Assembly: GCA_964016885.1 (NCBI GenBank)
Contig: OZ024743.1
Coordinates: forward strand, 144,212,001-144,276,000
Origin: Eledone cirrhosa
Taxonomy: Eukaryota
Direction: 5' to 3'
DNA length: 64,000 bases
The notes beneath the pieces were generated by a model. It was not told the DNA's origin. It did not search any database and was given only the letters and a program-made list of their open reading frames with translations. This document shows, one piece after another, positions 12,901 to 27,400 of this stretch. The stretch's first letter is position 1; each line of letters begins with the position of its first letter. Both the position numbers and the translations under genes were made by a program.

Positions 12901-15900
12901 TTCAGTTACATGTGGTGTTAAGTGACTGAGAGTAGAGCTTATCTTTGATTCATGTTGTGTTAAGTGACTGAGAGTAGAACTTATCTTAGTTACATGTAGT
13001 AGTAAGTGACTGACTGAGAGTAGAGCTTATACCAGTTTCATGTGATGTTTAACTGACTGCAGAGTTTGTCCTAGTTTTGTGTGGTGTAAGCAGTGCCGGA
13101 TTTAGGACAAATGAGGCCCTGTGCTAGTTAAGTTATGAGGCCCCTTACTTGGGTCCTGAAGGAAGTAAACATTTTTTTAGCAGGAAGGTGGGTGTCTCCT
13201 GCTGGCCAACAGGGCCCTATGCTTAAGCACACCTAAACACAATGGTAAATTCAGCACTGAATGTAAGTGACAGAGTGGAAGATTTGTCCTTGAATGGGAC
13301 ACCAGTTTGTGACTAAGTTAATTCCCCACTGCTGCTGATGATAATCAATTTTTCAGCTGATTGGACTGAAGTAATGTGAAATGATGTGCTTTGATCTACA
13401 TTTCACCCAATGCAGGGATTGAATTCTTGACCTTATGATCATGAGACGAAAACCTTATCCACTTGACCACACACCTCCGCCATAGAATAAATATAGATTT
13501 AAACAAAGGAAAAGAAAGGAGTCAGTTATCAGATTGAATGAATTAACAAATGAGTTCATTGTTTTTTCCATTGCTGATACTATCGGCCAATCCTAGTTGA
13601 AAGAGCAACATAAAATAAAATATTTTATTCAAGAACACAGTCATGATCTAAGAATTGAACCTACAACTTTATGATATTTACTCAGGCACCCTAACATCTA
13701 GGCCATATGCCTCTACTAATACAGGAGGTGAAATAATATTTAGTTCAACTTACAAAATCACCATTTATCGATATTTCTGGATTGTATCTTCGTATTACAT
13801 TTATCTGAAATTTGAAAGAACATCCTTTAATACAATTCAATTCTATTCTATTATCACTATATAAATGAAATGAAAACACACACTCACATGTGCCTGTGCA
13901 TACACACACACACATATATATATTCATTTTATTAAGGATAAATAGTGAGTCTTTTTACTCTGGAGTTTCACTTGTTTACCACAGGATCACCAGACAAGAA
14001 CTAACATTCAATAGCAGAGACAGTACAAATATGGGAAGACTTGGGGGGGGCGAGGAATAGATTCATATGTCACCATTATCATCATTATCATTATCATCAT
14101 CATCATTGTTTTACATCTGTTTTCTGGGCTGGCATGGATTGGATGATTTGTCATAGTCTGAATCTATACAGGTCAAATGACCACATTTTGCCATATTCCA
14201 TTTTGACATGGCTTCTACAGCTGGATGCTCTTCTTAATGCTAATCACCTTACAGATACACTAGTTGCATTTTATTGTGGAACCAGCACTACAATTTTACA
14301 GAGAGGGATGGATGCATTTTACTGTGGTACTGGATTGGGTGCATTTTATTGTGGCATCAGCTGTACCACTTTACAGAGTGTATTGGGTCCATTTTTTCAT
14401 GACACCAACACAACCACTTAGAGAGTGTACTGGGTGCATTTTATCTTAGCATTGGCACTACTACTTATGGAATTGACAGGGTACACTTTATTGTGGCACC
14501 AGCACTACCATTTACAGAGTGTAATGAGTGCAGTTTATTGTGACACCAACACTACCACTTACAGATTAGGCTGGGTACATTATAGTGTGGCATTAACTCG
14601 GTCAATCATTGTGTCCTCAGCAGGGCAGAGGGATGGAATGATGGCAGTGGAGGGAGAGAGGTAGATGGAAGTATGACAGAAGTGGCATTATGGGGAGAGC
14701 AATGGCAGCTAAATATTGCTTGCTAAGAGACTCACAACTCAGAAGGAAAGAACAAGAGTGATACAATTATCTCTTGTAGTGTGTATCTAGTTTAGAAATG
14801 GTACACCATATCACTGTATGTGATAAGAGAAATCTAAAAGGCATCTGGCTGTAAAACATTATCTCAAAAATGATTGTATGATGCGTATGAAGCTTGTCAT
14901 GGGTCCGGCAAATTTAACACCGTGTTTTAGTAGGAAATGTGTTCCAAACCCTTTCATTACCATATTTCTAATAAAAGACACAACCAATTTATTTTGAAAA
15001 ATTTTGAAAATAATCAAGAATTTGGCCAGATATAGCAGTATAACTGCCTTTCTCATTATTTAGGTAGTGTTTGTAATATAACTTAACAAAAGTTCTTACA
15101 TAAAATTATGATGGAAGTTTTTAGATAAATATAAATAATTGTTTCTACTTTTGGCACCAGAGATGATCCCAGGGTATTACTGGTACTTTATTTTATCGAC
15201 CCCATAAAGATGAAAGGCAACGTTAACCCCGGCGGGATTTGAATTCAAACTGTAAATGGGCATAACTCTATGCTACAAAACATGGCATCCAACTCTCTAC
15301 CAATACTGCCAATCCACCGCCTTTATAAATATAAATAATTGTTTCTACTTTTGGCACAAGGCCAGCAATTATCCCAGGGTATTACTGGTACTTTATTTTA
15401 TTGACCCCATAAGGATGAAAGGCAAAGTTAACCTCGGCGGGATTTGAACTCAGATCGTAAAGGGCCGTAACTCTATGCTGCAAAGAATGGCGTCCGACTC
15501 TCTACCGATACTGCCAATCCACCGCCCTTTTATTTATAAATATAAATCTCCTTATAATATATAACCAGCAATTTCTCTGTCTGTCTGTCCGACAGTGGAA
15601 ACACGTGCGCGCGTGGTTGCTATCTCTCTCTCTCTCCAGATATCCCTCTCTTTTAGTCTGTCTGTTTCTCTCACTCTCACTCTTTCTCTTTGTAACACAC
15701 TAACATTCCTCCCCTCTATCGCTGTGACGAATGGGGAGATGGAGTAGGAGGAGGAGGAGAGAGTCACTTCGTCACTTCACCTCTGCCTTTCTTTCTCTCC
15801 CCTCTCACTCCCTCATTACGTACAGACATTAGGGCCGTGGATTGGCAGAATCTGAAGAGAGTCGGACACCATGCTTCATAGCATGGAGTTACGTCCCTTT

Positions 15901-16492
15901 ACGGTCTGAGTTCAAATACCGCCGAGGTTAACTTTGCCTTTCATCCTCACGGGGTCGATAAAATAAAGTACCAGTAATGTACTGGGTAATTGCTGGCCTT
16001 GTGCCAAAAGTAGAAACAATTATTAGAAACATTGCTTCATTTTTACATATAGCATTAGTAAAATAACTAATAATTTCAAAAGTAATTTTTCAATTCCAAT
16101 TGTTATGAACAGCAAAACATTAATAATAATTTTGTTCTAAGAAATATATATACATTTCTGTGTGTGTAATATATATATATATACACACACAGAAATATAT
16201 ATACATTTCTGTGTGTGTAATATATATATATACACACAGAAATATATATACATTTCTGTGTGTGTAATATATATATATATATATATACACACAGAAATAT
16301 ATATACATTTCTGTGTGTGTAATATATATATATATACACACACAGAAATATATATACATTTCTGTGTGTGTAATATATATATATACACACAGAAATATAT
16401 ATACATTTCTCTGTGTGTAATATATATATATATATACACACACACAAATATATATATATACACACAGAAATATATATACATTTCTGTGTGTG

Positions 16493-16529
<37 letters not shown>

Positions 16530-16559
16530 GAGAAATATATATACATTTCTGTGTGTGTA

Positions 16560-16592
<33 letters not shown>

Positions 16593-18424
16593 GAAATATA
16601 TGGGCATTTCTCTGTTTGTCTGTCTGTCTGTCTGTCCTTCCCTAAAACTCAAATGTAGGTGCTACAGAAATATTACCTTCCCCTTCCTTTCTCCACTTTG
16701 GTACTACCAAGAGAAACACTGTCGCTATAGAAACATTACCTTCCCCTCTCCACTGACTTTGGTCACTGAGGCCGAGGGAATCGCTGGTTGCTATAGAGAC
16801 ACCTTGCACAAGCCAGAAGTAACCAGTTCGAGGTGGTTCTGATTATTTGAAGATATATTTCCATCGTTATATCATAACGTTTATGTATCATAACGTTTAT
16901 ATTTCCGTCACTAATCTCTTTTTCTCCTTTTTCGTTTTAACATATATTTATTTCAAAGATTTCACCGTATAGATAACATATATATTTATACATGCATAAA
17001 AGACACGCCGAGAGACGGTGAACATGTGGTGCCGAAAACATTTCTCATCCAAATCTCAACAATATCAGTATATACACTAGATTTGCTAGCAGAAAACCGC
17101 CCACCGGGTGGTTTTCTGCTAGTCTATATATATAAAACTGAGGATGTCTGTCTGTGTGTGTGTGAATTTGAATCCCTAAAACTCGAGAACAACCTAACCG
17201 ACTGTTTTCAAACTTTACACATGTAATACTTATGTTTCGGGGAGTGTTCTGAGCAAAGAAAATTTCAAATTTTCAAGGCCCTAGGGACCACATTAGGCGA
17301 TTTAGAGATCTCTCTCTATAATTCTTAGTCTTTCTCTTTTTAGATAGATACATACATATAACGTCGCGCCCTTATAATATCTGTCTGTATGTCTGGTTGT
17401 CTGCATTACGTCACTTCCCTGAGGATGTCTGTCTGTGTGTGTCTGTGAGTTTCAATCCCTAAAACTCGAGAAGTACCCAACCGATTTTTTACAAACTTTA
17501 CATGTGTATTACTTATGTTTCAGGGAGTGTTATGCACATACAAAAATTCAACTTTTTGATCTCCTAGGTGATCTCCTAGATGAAAAACTGAGTTTTTAAA
17601 GCTTTTTAGGGGTTTTTTTGAGGCGTTACGTCAGACCGATTTCCTTGAAATTGTAACTATGTATTAGTCAGTCTCTTATTCATACCGTGAGCAAAGAAAA
17701 TCCAACTTTTTTATAGCCTAGGGTCCGCATTAGGTGAAAATCTTCATTTTTTCAGCTTTTTAGCGCTTTTTGGAGGCGTTACGTCTAACCAATATTCCCG
17801 AAATTTCAAAGCATATATTATGCACATAAAAAAAATTCATTTTCTTGATCCCCTAGGGCCCGCATTAGGTGAAAACCTGCATTCTTCCTGCTTCATAGAG
17901 GAAAATCTTAAAGATTATCCAGCCATCAGAGTATTTGGTTTATTTTCTTTACATATTGTCCAGGCATGCAGATTTTCCACGATTAGGTCTGTTGGCGACC
18001 CGCCTTCCAAAATACCTTATCCCTTGCAACGCCGGGTACCACTGCTAGTAATTTATAAATATAAATAATGTAAAACAAACAGTTCTGTATCATAAAACCT
18101 AGGAGAGTTTCAAGCAGTTTGGTATCAAAATAGCTAAAACAATTTTTGCATACTGTAAGAGGCAATGAAATGGGGTTAGTTAGGAAGGGCATCCAACTGT
18201 AAGGCACTACATCAAAACGTGCTGCCCAACACTTACCGATATAGTTAAGTGAACATAAAAATGATAATGATGATGGTGATGATGATTATAGTGATGATAT
18301 CCACACAAATTTATGTATATAAATATCTATATAGTGTGTGTGTGGTTTTTGGTTACATCTTTATGTTAATAAGAATTACAAGGTCATTATTCATAAATAA
18401 TTCAGTGAAATGATCACTACCACT

Positions 18425-18479
<55 letters not shown>

Positions 18480-21400
18480 CCACCATCACTATCACTTCCA
18501 AGCATTAGTCAACCTAAGGTTATTGTAGAAGATACCCAATATACACCATGGTGGAATCAAATTTGAAATGATGTGACTATAAAGTGAAGTTCTTAACCAC
18601 ACAGCTATGACTATGCAAATATAAAATCCAAATGATATCTATATCTAAAAGTGTTTTTATGCTGTAAAGTGGTCAAGCTGGTATCATGACAAAAACACCC
18701 AATGCTCTCTGTAAGGTGGTAGTGTTGGTGACATAAAAAGATCCTAGTACACACTGTAAGGTAATTGGCACTATGAAGAGCATTCTGCTAAAGAAAGCCA
18801 AGACGAAAATGGAGTGTATGAGCAATATGCGGTCACCTGACTTGTCTGGCCTCATAACATCACAGCTGTCAAGCCCATACAAAGATGGAATATGAACTTT
18901 AAATGGAGATGATGTTGTTAATGTGTGTGAATGTGGCAGCATCGGAAATTGTATAATTTTGTCAACACCGTAAACATTTCTTTTAATCAAGTATCTATTT
19001 GTTCAATTTTGTGTATTCAATTGTATATATCTACAAACAAACAAAAGAAAAAAAGAAGAAAACATGGGAAAGATAAATAAAAGAGGAGAGAAATGGAGAG
19101 GGGGAGTCTACCCTCTTGGCTGGACCGTACATCTCAGCTACACCATACAGACAAGATGGTGAAAGCATTGTCACAGAGAACAACCAGCAATACCTGCTGC
19201 ATCAGCCATTCCAACTCAAGGGGCTTCTTCTTCAGGTGAGATACCATCTCCCTAATCGGGCAGAGAAAATGTGAGTCTGGGGACCAAGGACACTAGAGGT
19301 CTCAATGGTGGCTGGCATAATTCTTTTATTGGTTTCAGTTATTAGACTGCAGCCATATTGAGGCTGGGAGGGAACTTGTTGATCATATCAACCCCAGTAC
19401 TTATTTTTTTACAAGACTGGGGCTTATTTTATCCGTCTAATTTTGTCCTCCTTTTATGTAAGTAGGATATGAAGGAAATTTGGTTGCTATTTCTAGCAAG
19501 TGAAGTGACCAGGTAGAGACTTCCTCATTGGCTCATGAAATTATCTTTAGTTATTATTTTATTTTCAGTTATTATTGTTTTTTTTTTTTTTTTTTTTTTT
19601 TCATGTTTTACACATTTCTATCTAATATGCAGCCAAAACTAATGTTGGCAACATTTGTACAGAACTGATAATGTAATAGCAAATCTTTCTGGTCAATGAC
19701 TTAAATCTTGCATTTCTATTGGCTTTAATTATAAATTGTGTTGGCAAAGTGTTAACAATTCACAACTGCCAGCACACTAAAACCTCCTATATAACTTTTC
19801 TTTTATTATATTTGATTCAGTCATTACACTTCAGTAATGCTGTGACACTTCCTCCAAAAGATATAACCAATCATATTGGGCCCCAGAACTTTTTCTTTTT
19901 TTTCAAGTCTGGCACATATTTTATTGATCTCTTTTGTCAAGTTGCTAAGTTACAGGACATTAGTGATCAGTAAAAATGAACACAGACATGAACACACACA
20001 CTAAATTACACTCATAAGGCACTGGTAAACTCAAAGCTAACGGAGAATACGTTTGCCCAGGGTATATAGAGAAGTATACAAGCTTCCACTATCTATTTAA
20101 ATTCACACAATAAAATCAACCACAAACAAAACATATGAGATCTCACAACAGAAGTATTCACACGCACAACAAATAATCCTTAAAACACTAAGAAGACATT
20201 ACAACAAAACCCATCACACATGGAAAGAACAAGACATCACCTTCAAACAAAAACAGACATAATGATAAATAAACAAAAATGATAAAAGTTTCACAAGTCC
20301 CCATGGAAACAGCCAAGGACAAAAATATATTACAGAATAAAAATAGACATCACAACAGATTAATCACATTTAACAAAGAGGGAAAAAATATATCACAAAT
20401 AAAACTAAAAAAAAAGAAGAAATATTAGAAGTGACCATTACAAAATCAATAAATGTGGATCAATAGAAATACCTTTTCTAATCTATGAATACATATCTAC
20501 AGGAAACATGAGTAAAATATAGTAAAAAATTATTTCTATATAATCAAATATGAACTTGCTAATTGGTCTAATTTATTCTCTAGCCACGACAGTATGGAAA
20601 ATATCTTTGTTTTTGTTGTTATTCTTATGATTGGTGGATCGGCAGTATCGGTGGAGGGTTGGACGCCATGCTTTACAGCATAGAGTTATGACCCTTTATG
20701 ATCTGAGTTCAAATCCTATTGAGGTCAACTTTGCCTTTCATCCTCATGGGGACGATAAAATAAAGCACCAGTAATGCACTGAGATAATTGCTGGCCTTGT
20801 GCCAAAAGTAGAAACAAATATTATTATTATTATTTTCCATTTGTCTCACAGCTGTCCACAACCAATGGACTGAGGTGCCACCTTCAATTGTCAAGCACTT
20901 TTCTAAGTATTCTAGCAGTTACAAGGAATTTTGTTTTCTGTAAGGGACTCACCATGATGCTGGACCTAATTTAAAACAAAATAGTTTTCAATTCTGGTGC
21001 TAACATTATTATCATCCTCATCATTAATGAAGGTGGTATATTAGCAGTCTCAGACAGAAGGCTTTGTAGAATTTAGTTATGACATTCTATGTTCTGTTTA
21101 GTTATGACTTTCTATGTTCTGAGTTCAAATCCCATTGAGGTCAACTTTGCTTTTCATTCTTCTAGGGTTGAATATATATAGTACCAGTTGAGTACTGGGG
21201 TCAATTTCCCTTTCCCTAAATTCCTGGTCTTGTGCCAATGTTAGAAAGAATTGGTAGAATCAGTAGGGTGTTGGATAAAATACTTTCTGACTTGTAGTTC
21301 AAATGCTGCTGAGGTTAGCTTTGTCTTTCATCCTTACAGGGTCAATAAAATAAGCACCAGTAATGCACTGGGGTCAATTTAATCAACTTACCCTTCCACA

Positions 21401-24400
21401 AAAAATTGTTGGCCTTGAACTTAAATCAGAAACCATTATTTTTACTGTTTCGTCATGTCTGAAGGGTGGTGCCCATGACCCTTTTCAGGACCTTTGAGAC
21501 AGGTAGCAGGGAATAGGGTGTCCTCAAACCAAAAACCGAGTTCAAATGGTTGCAACATAGTGAACCTGTCTAGAGGCATTCTTGAAACAGGAAAAGGTGT
21601 TAAACCAGACAACAGATCAAGTAGGTGACAGCAGAATTAGTAATCAGAATGTAAAGAACCAGAACAAATACTGCAAGGCATCTCGTCCAGTGCTCTAACA
21701 ATTTCACTGATCAGAACTAGTACCTTATGTTATGAAAAGGTTTCTGAGTCAGGTTGTAAAAGGGATATATTGAGACCTCTTGTGTCCTTTGTCGCTGAAA
21801 AAGAAGTCCCACAAGGGGAAATGGCTGATGCAATGGGTATTGTTGGTTGTTCTCTGACAATGCTTTTGCCATCTTGTCTGTGTTGAGATATACTGTCCAG
21901 CCAAGAGGGCAGAGTTCCCCTTCCCCACTCTCCCCTCTTTTATTTATTTTTTCACATGTTTTCTTCTTTTATTTTATTTTTCTGTTTGTAGATATATACA
22001 ATTGAATACACATAAAATCGAACAAATGGATGTTGAGTAAAAGAAAGGGGAGGAATGAATCAAATGTTTACATTGTATGTATAAATAATGTAGACCTAGA
22101 GATTTCCTTAAAATGAGAAGGGTGGTCACGACTGGAAGGTCTTTGAACATAGGTCTGCTCGATCAGGGTTGTTGTTGTTGTTGTTGTTGTTGTTGTTGCT
22201 GCTGCTGCTGCTGCTGCTGTTGGTGTTGTTATTGTTGTTGTTGTTGTTGTTGTTGTTGTTCTTCTTCTTCTTCTTCTTCTTCTTCTTCTTTTTCTTCTTC
22301 TTCTTCTTCTTCTTCTTCTTCTTCTTCTTCTTCTTCTTCTTCTTCTTCTTCTTCTTCTCCTTTGCCCACTTATTCTTGAGAGGGTCGTAGAGGCAGAGTC
22401 CTCAAATACTCCTTCCAGCGGGTCCTTTCAGAAACAACCATCTTCAATTGATCCTGCTGGATTCCAAGACGAGACCAGCCGGGCTCATAGATGTTATTCC
22501 ACCATCTTGGTCAGAGTCTACCCCTTGGTCTCCTGCCAGAAGTAGTGGCTCTACCTGGATCGACTCTCTGCTCTCTGTGCTATGGACTCTATCGAGTAAC
22601 TTTACTCCTAAGACCCTCCAGAAGAAACTATTTCGACTGCTTGCATTTGCAATCGTATTCTTTTGGTCAATACCCAAGATTGATGACCATAGGTAAAGAG
22701 TGGCATGAAAACTGAATTGAAGATAGTCAGTTTGGCTTTTATACCTACCTCATTTCTTTTGATTACTGAATGCTGAAGCTGGCGTATTACAGCACCAACT
22801 CTGCAATTCTTGCACTTGATTCAGTCTCCTGTCTTCCATCACTTGTGAACATGGCCCTGAGACACTTGAACTTCTCCATCTGCTTCAGGAAACCTCCATT
22901 CATATGTAGAGTGCACTGTGCAGGCTTTCTTGAGAGGATCAGTGTCTCAGTTTTCGCAACACTGATTTTCATTCCAGCCATGCAGCACTCAGCATCAAAC
23001 CTGTTAAGTGCATGGCAGAGATCACCTTCTGGTGATCTAGGTAAAAATTAAAAAATAGTAGCAATAACAATAGTAATTATATTGCTTACCAAATAACAAA
23101 GTCTGCCAAAAAAACCAATGGCACCTGGTACAAAAACCATAGATTCCACAATACATATGAGGAATAAAGCTGACTTCTGAAACAAGAAAAAGAAATATAT
23201 CAGTCAGAACTTCAATAACTATCCTTGATACAAGGTTACATTTAATCCAGGCTGGGCCAATATGAGTGTCTCAACATGATCGATAAATGCTACAAATAGC
23301 AGCTAAATCTATCTTAAATCATGCGTCACGTTTTGTATCCTGTACTACATGAAACCATATTAACAAGACATTATTGAAAAGAATAAAACAGCACTATGAA
23401 TAGATGGCATTAAAAATTGAAGTCTACTCTAATGTTATAAATTTTCACAATGATCTGTCCACTAGAAAAAATACTATAAATGTTTGAATTAACACACCTA
23501 TTCTTAGATATTTACTCATTAAATTTACACATTAAATTATGTAGGAGATTTTGCTACTATTCTAGCAGGCTGAATAACCATGTAGAGGTTCCATCAAATG
23601 GTTGCAATGTTGGCATTATGTTGATCAATGGAAAGCCTGCTCAGGAAATTAACATGCAAATGTTGATTATTCCACAGGCACATGTACTCTTAACATAGTT
23701 CTCGGGGAAATTCAGCATTGCACAGTGTGTGACAAAGCTGGCCCTTTGAAATACAGGTACAACTCACTTTTGGCAATTGAGTGGACTAAAGCATCAAAAC
23801 TATCAAGTGCATTTTGGAGATCACCTTCTGCTGAGTTAAATAATGCCATGTTATCTGCAAATTCCAGCTGAATGACACCACTTCTAGCCTGGCTGTACAT
23901 GCCAGTCCAGTACATGAAGATTATGAATAGGAGAAGTGACAGTATGCACCATAGGCAGAATACTACTCTCACATTGATTTAGCACAATTATCCAAACAAA
24001 AGTACTCATGCATTCATAAAGAGACATCAGAACAACAAGAAGCTGTCCATTGATTCCATACACCTGCAGAAACTTCCACAGCAGATCCTGTGGAATGCGG
24101 TCATATGCCTTTTTGACGTCTACAAAGCAAGCATATAGTATCTATCTACCAAATTGCTTTCACAAAGGCTTTGATGAACTCAAGGCTATGGTAGAAAACA
24201 GTTACCCAAGGTGCTGCACAGTGGGATCAGATCCAAAAATATTTGGTCTTTAGTGAGAAATTCATATCATATACTTTCCTAATTGCTAAAAACATTTCAT
24301 ACCTAAATAACATGAAAATAATATTTAAAAAAATGAAGATTCTTCAAAACTTACTGTGTTGATATGTCGGAAAAACCAATTTGTTCCTCCTATTGTCTCA

Positions 24401-27400
24401 ATAATACCACAAACTGTCAACTAAAACAAATATAAAGTTTAGTCCATTGAAATTACCATGAAATTACTGTTGTCATCATGATCATCATAATTGTTTAACA
24501 TCTATTTCTCTGCTGGCAACGGTTGGATGACTATTTAATTATATGTTGAAATGCAATCATGGGTTTTCTTGGACATAGATTAATTTGTTAAGTTGTCACA
24601 AAGTCTCAAATTCATGAATTTCTTATCAGCATTATTGGGTAAGGGAATTGACTTACAAGTTCAGATAAACATATTCAGGCGAGGTGTCAAGGAGCTATAA
24701 ATCATTATCGTCAGAACCAACAACACAGGGTCGCTTAACACAATGTATGAATTAGAAGAGGAATACCCACATAATACATGAATGGACTCAGAAGTAAAGG
24801 ACTGCTACTGAGAATTCCCAGATGATTGACTCTTCTAAGAACAATAGAAGTATACACAAAGAAATAAAGTACTTCTGTCCAGAAGATGTAAGTGCTTGTC
24901 TTGATGAAATGCTTCTGGGGGAGGGGGGGGGGGTCATCCCAGGAAGTATACAATACATGTTGGGCAAGTAGAAATATGGGCCATCTAACTTGACTAAATT
25001 AGTGGGTTCTCACCTGTGTGACTGTATTTTTTTGTATTTCATATCTTGTGTTAATTATTGTTTTATAATAATTTTATAATTCATAATAATTTATCAAATT
25101 AATATTTCTATTAAATAACTTTGTCTGTCTAGCCCCCACATTTATTGTAACACCTATGTTTAAAATGTTTACTGTATGTTATGAGCAAGTCCTAATAAAG
25201 AAATCATCATTACTATTATTATTATAGTAATGTTCAAGAAAGAACACACACACGCATACATGTATCTTTAGGTGTTTAGACCTGTGATGTATTTATATTG
25301 ACAGAATCTTGCTTAGTATATGGGCAGTTCCCATTAGTACTATCTTTTGTATTTCTTCTATACGCGGGTTTCCTGGGATTTGCGATAAGTAATCATTAGA
25401 CCCCTTAGGTATCATTCCTAGAGCGCCTACAATCACTGGTATTGTTTTAGTTCTCAACTTCCACATTTTTCCAATTACTATCTCCAGGTCTTTATACTTG
25501 CTCAATTTTTAAATATTTTTATAGATACATTCTTGTCTATTGGAACGGACTTATCAGTTAGCAGGCATACCCTCTTTTTAAAGTCCTTCAGTATTATATC
25601 AGGTCTATTTGCATCTATTTTTCGGTCTGTTTGGATGCTAAAGTTCCTCAAGATTGAGATGTGGTCTTTTTCAAGTACAGGAGGTGGTTGATGCCCCACC
25701 AATTTTTTTGATGGGGCAGGTCAAAATGCTTACACATTATCCAATGTAAGTATTGGGCAGCTCTATCGTGCCTGTTTAGATATTCGGTTGGAGCTATAGG
25801 ACTGCACATTGAAATTATATGATCAATGGTCTCTGGTTGTTTTTTTACATACACGGCATAATGGGTTGCATCCATTTTTTATGTTGGCTTGATAACTTTT
25901 TGTTGGCAGACACTGATCTTGTGCTGATATAATCAGTCCTTCAATCTCCAATTTCAGTCCAGAGGATGCCAACCACTGATGTGTTAAAGTTTTGTCAACA
26001 TCAGGATTGTTAACTCTTTCTGGGTATTTTCCATACTGAGGCTTTTCTTGCCATTTCTTAGCCAGTTTCTGTAGCAGTACTTTCTTTTCAGTTACTTTTA
26101 CCTGCTTTGCTTTTTCTGTGTTTTTCATTTCAGCAGTAAAGGGAACTTTTGAAATTTGTAGTTCATTACTGTATCTTTGTGCATCTTTTGTAATGGAGTA
26201 TGATCTTTTGATGCTTTCATGTTTCAAAACGAGTTTGATCATCCAATCATGTGCCTCCCTTAGATATGTAGATAATTCAATTGTTGCAGTTTTCAAAGCA
26301 ATATCTAACTGGATTAATCCACGCCCTCCTTCTTTCCTAGGGAGATATATTCTATCTGTATCTGCCTTAGGGTAATGCAGTCTGAGTATGGTTAAGAATT
26401 TTCTAATTTTTGTATCGAGCCTATGGATCTCTGTCCTTGACCAGTTGATGACATTGAAACTGTAGGTTACTACTGGTATGGCAAGCGTGTTTATGGCATC
26501 GATCCTATTCCTTGCATTCAATTCCGTTCTTAAGATTGCTCTTACTCTGCGGTAACATTCCTTCCTTATCCTTTCCCTCATTGTCGAGTGCTTGATTTCG
26601 TCTCCTTCACAAACACCTAGATATTTGTAAGTTTCTCCTTGATCAAGTTCTCTTATCACATTCCCCCGATCAAGATTAATGTCTGTACTTCTCGGCAGCT
26701 TTCCTATGGTGAATGTGGCTTTGGCGCATTTATCTAGTCCAAACTCCATTTTAATATCATCACTGAACTGAGTCACAGTGGATAATAGCCCTTGTAATTG
26801 CTCATCATTTTTTGCAAATAGTTTCAGGTCATCCATGTAGAACAAGTGATTAATGGTTTTGTCATAGACTTTATATCCATTGTTTAATTGAGCATTTTAC
26901 TTAATAGTATAAGTGCGATGCAGAATAAAAGCGGTGATAAGGAGTCACCCTGAAAAATTCCACAATTAATATTAACTTCTCCAGCTTCCAGTGATTTTTT
27001 TTCACTATTCAAAAGGAGTGCTGTTTTCCATGTTTTCATACTGAATGACAGGAACCTCCTGACAACGGGAGATATTTTGAAAATTTCTAAACATTTTTCA
27101 ATCCAACTGTGTGGCAAACTATCGAATGCTTTTTTGTAATCTATCCAAGCAATTAATAGATTTTTGTGTCTATTATGACAATCTTCCAGTATCATTTTGT
27201 TAACCAAAAGCTGATCCTTACAGCCATATGAGCCTTGTTTACACCCTTTCTGCTCATTGGGAAATAGATCATTTGTTATCAGGTGATCATATGTATATTT
27301 AGTTAGGACTGATGATAAAATTTTATACATTGTGGTCAAGCAAGTTATCGGTCTGTAATTTTGGGGATTATTTGTCTCATCATTCTTCGGAAGTAGGAAT

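Noticed and set aside
11690-13090. Regular 32-bp and ~42-bp repeats resembling a CRISPR array
   Set aside because: Units are contiguous with no unique spacers, there are no cas genes and the context is eukaryotic; these are minisatellites.
16103-16658. Several 130-170-aa ORFs rich in YI/CV/HT
   Set aside because: Translation of a (TA)n/(TG)n minisatellite; same for ORFs near 28.8, 30.1, 53.4, 54.1 and 54.7 kb.
18673-18990. 105-aa minus-strand ORF as an extra exon of the 4TM gene
   Set aside because: Overlaps decayed RTE-UTR-type repeats and lacks clear splice sites.
22113-22390. Poly-Cys/Ser and poly-Leu/Phe ORFs
   Set aside because: Trinucleotide microsatellite forming retroelement tails.
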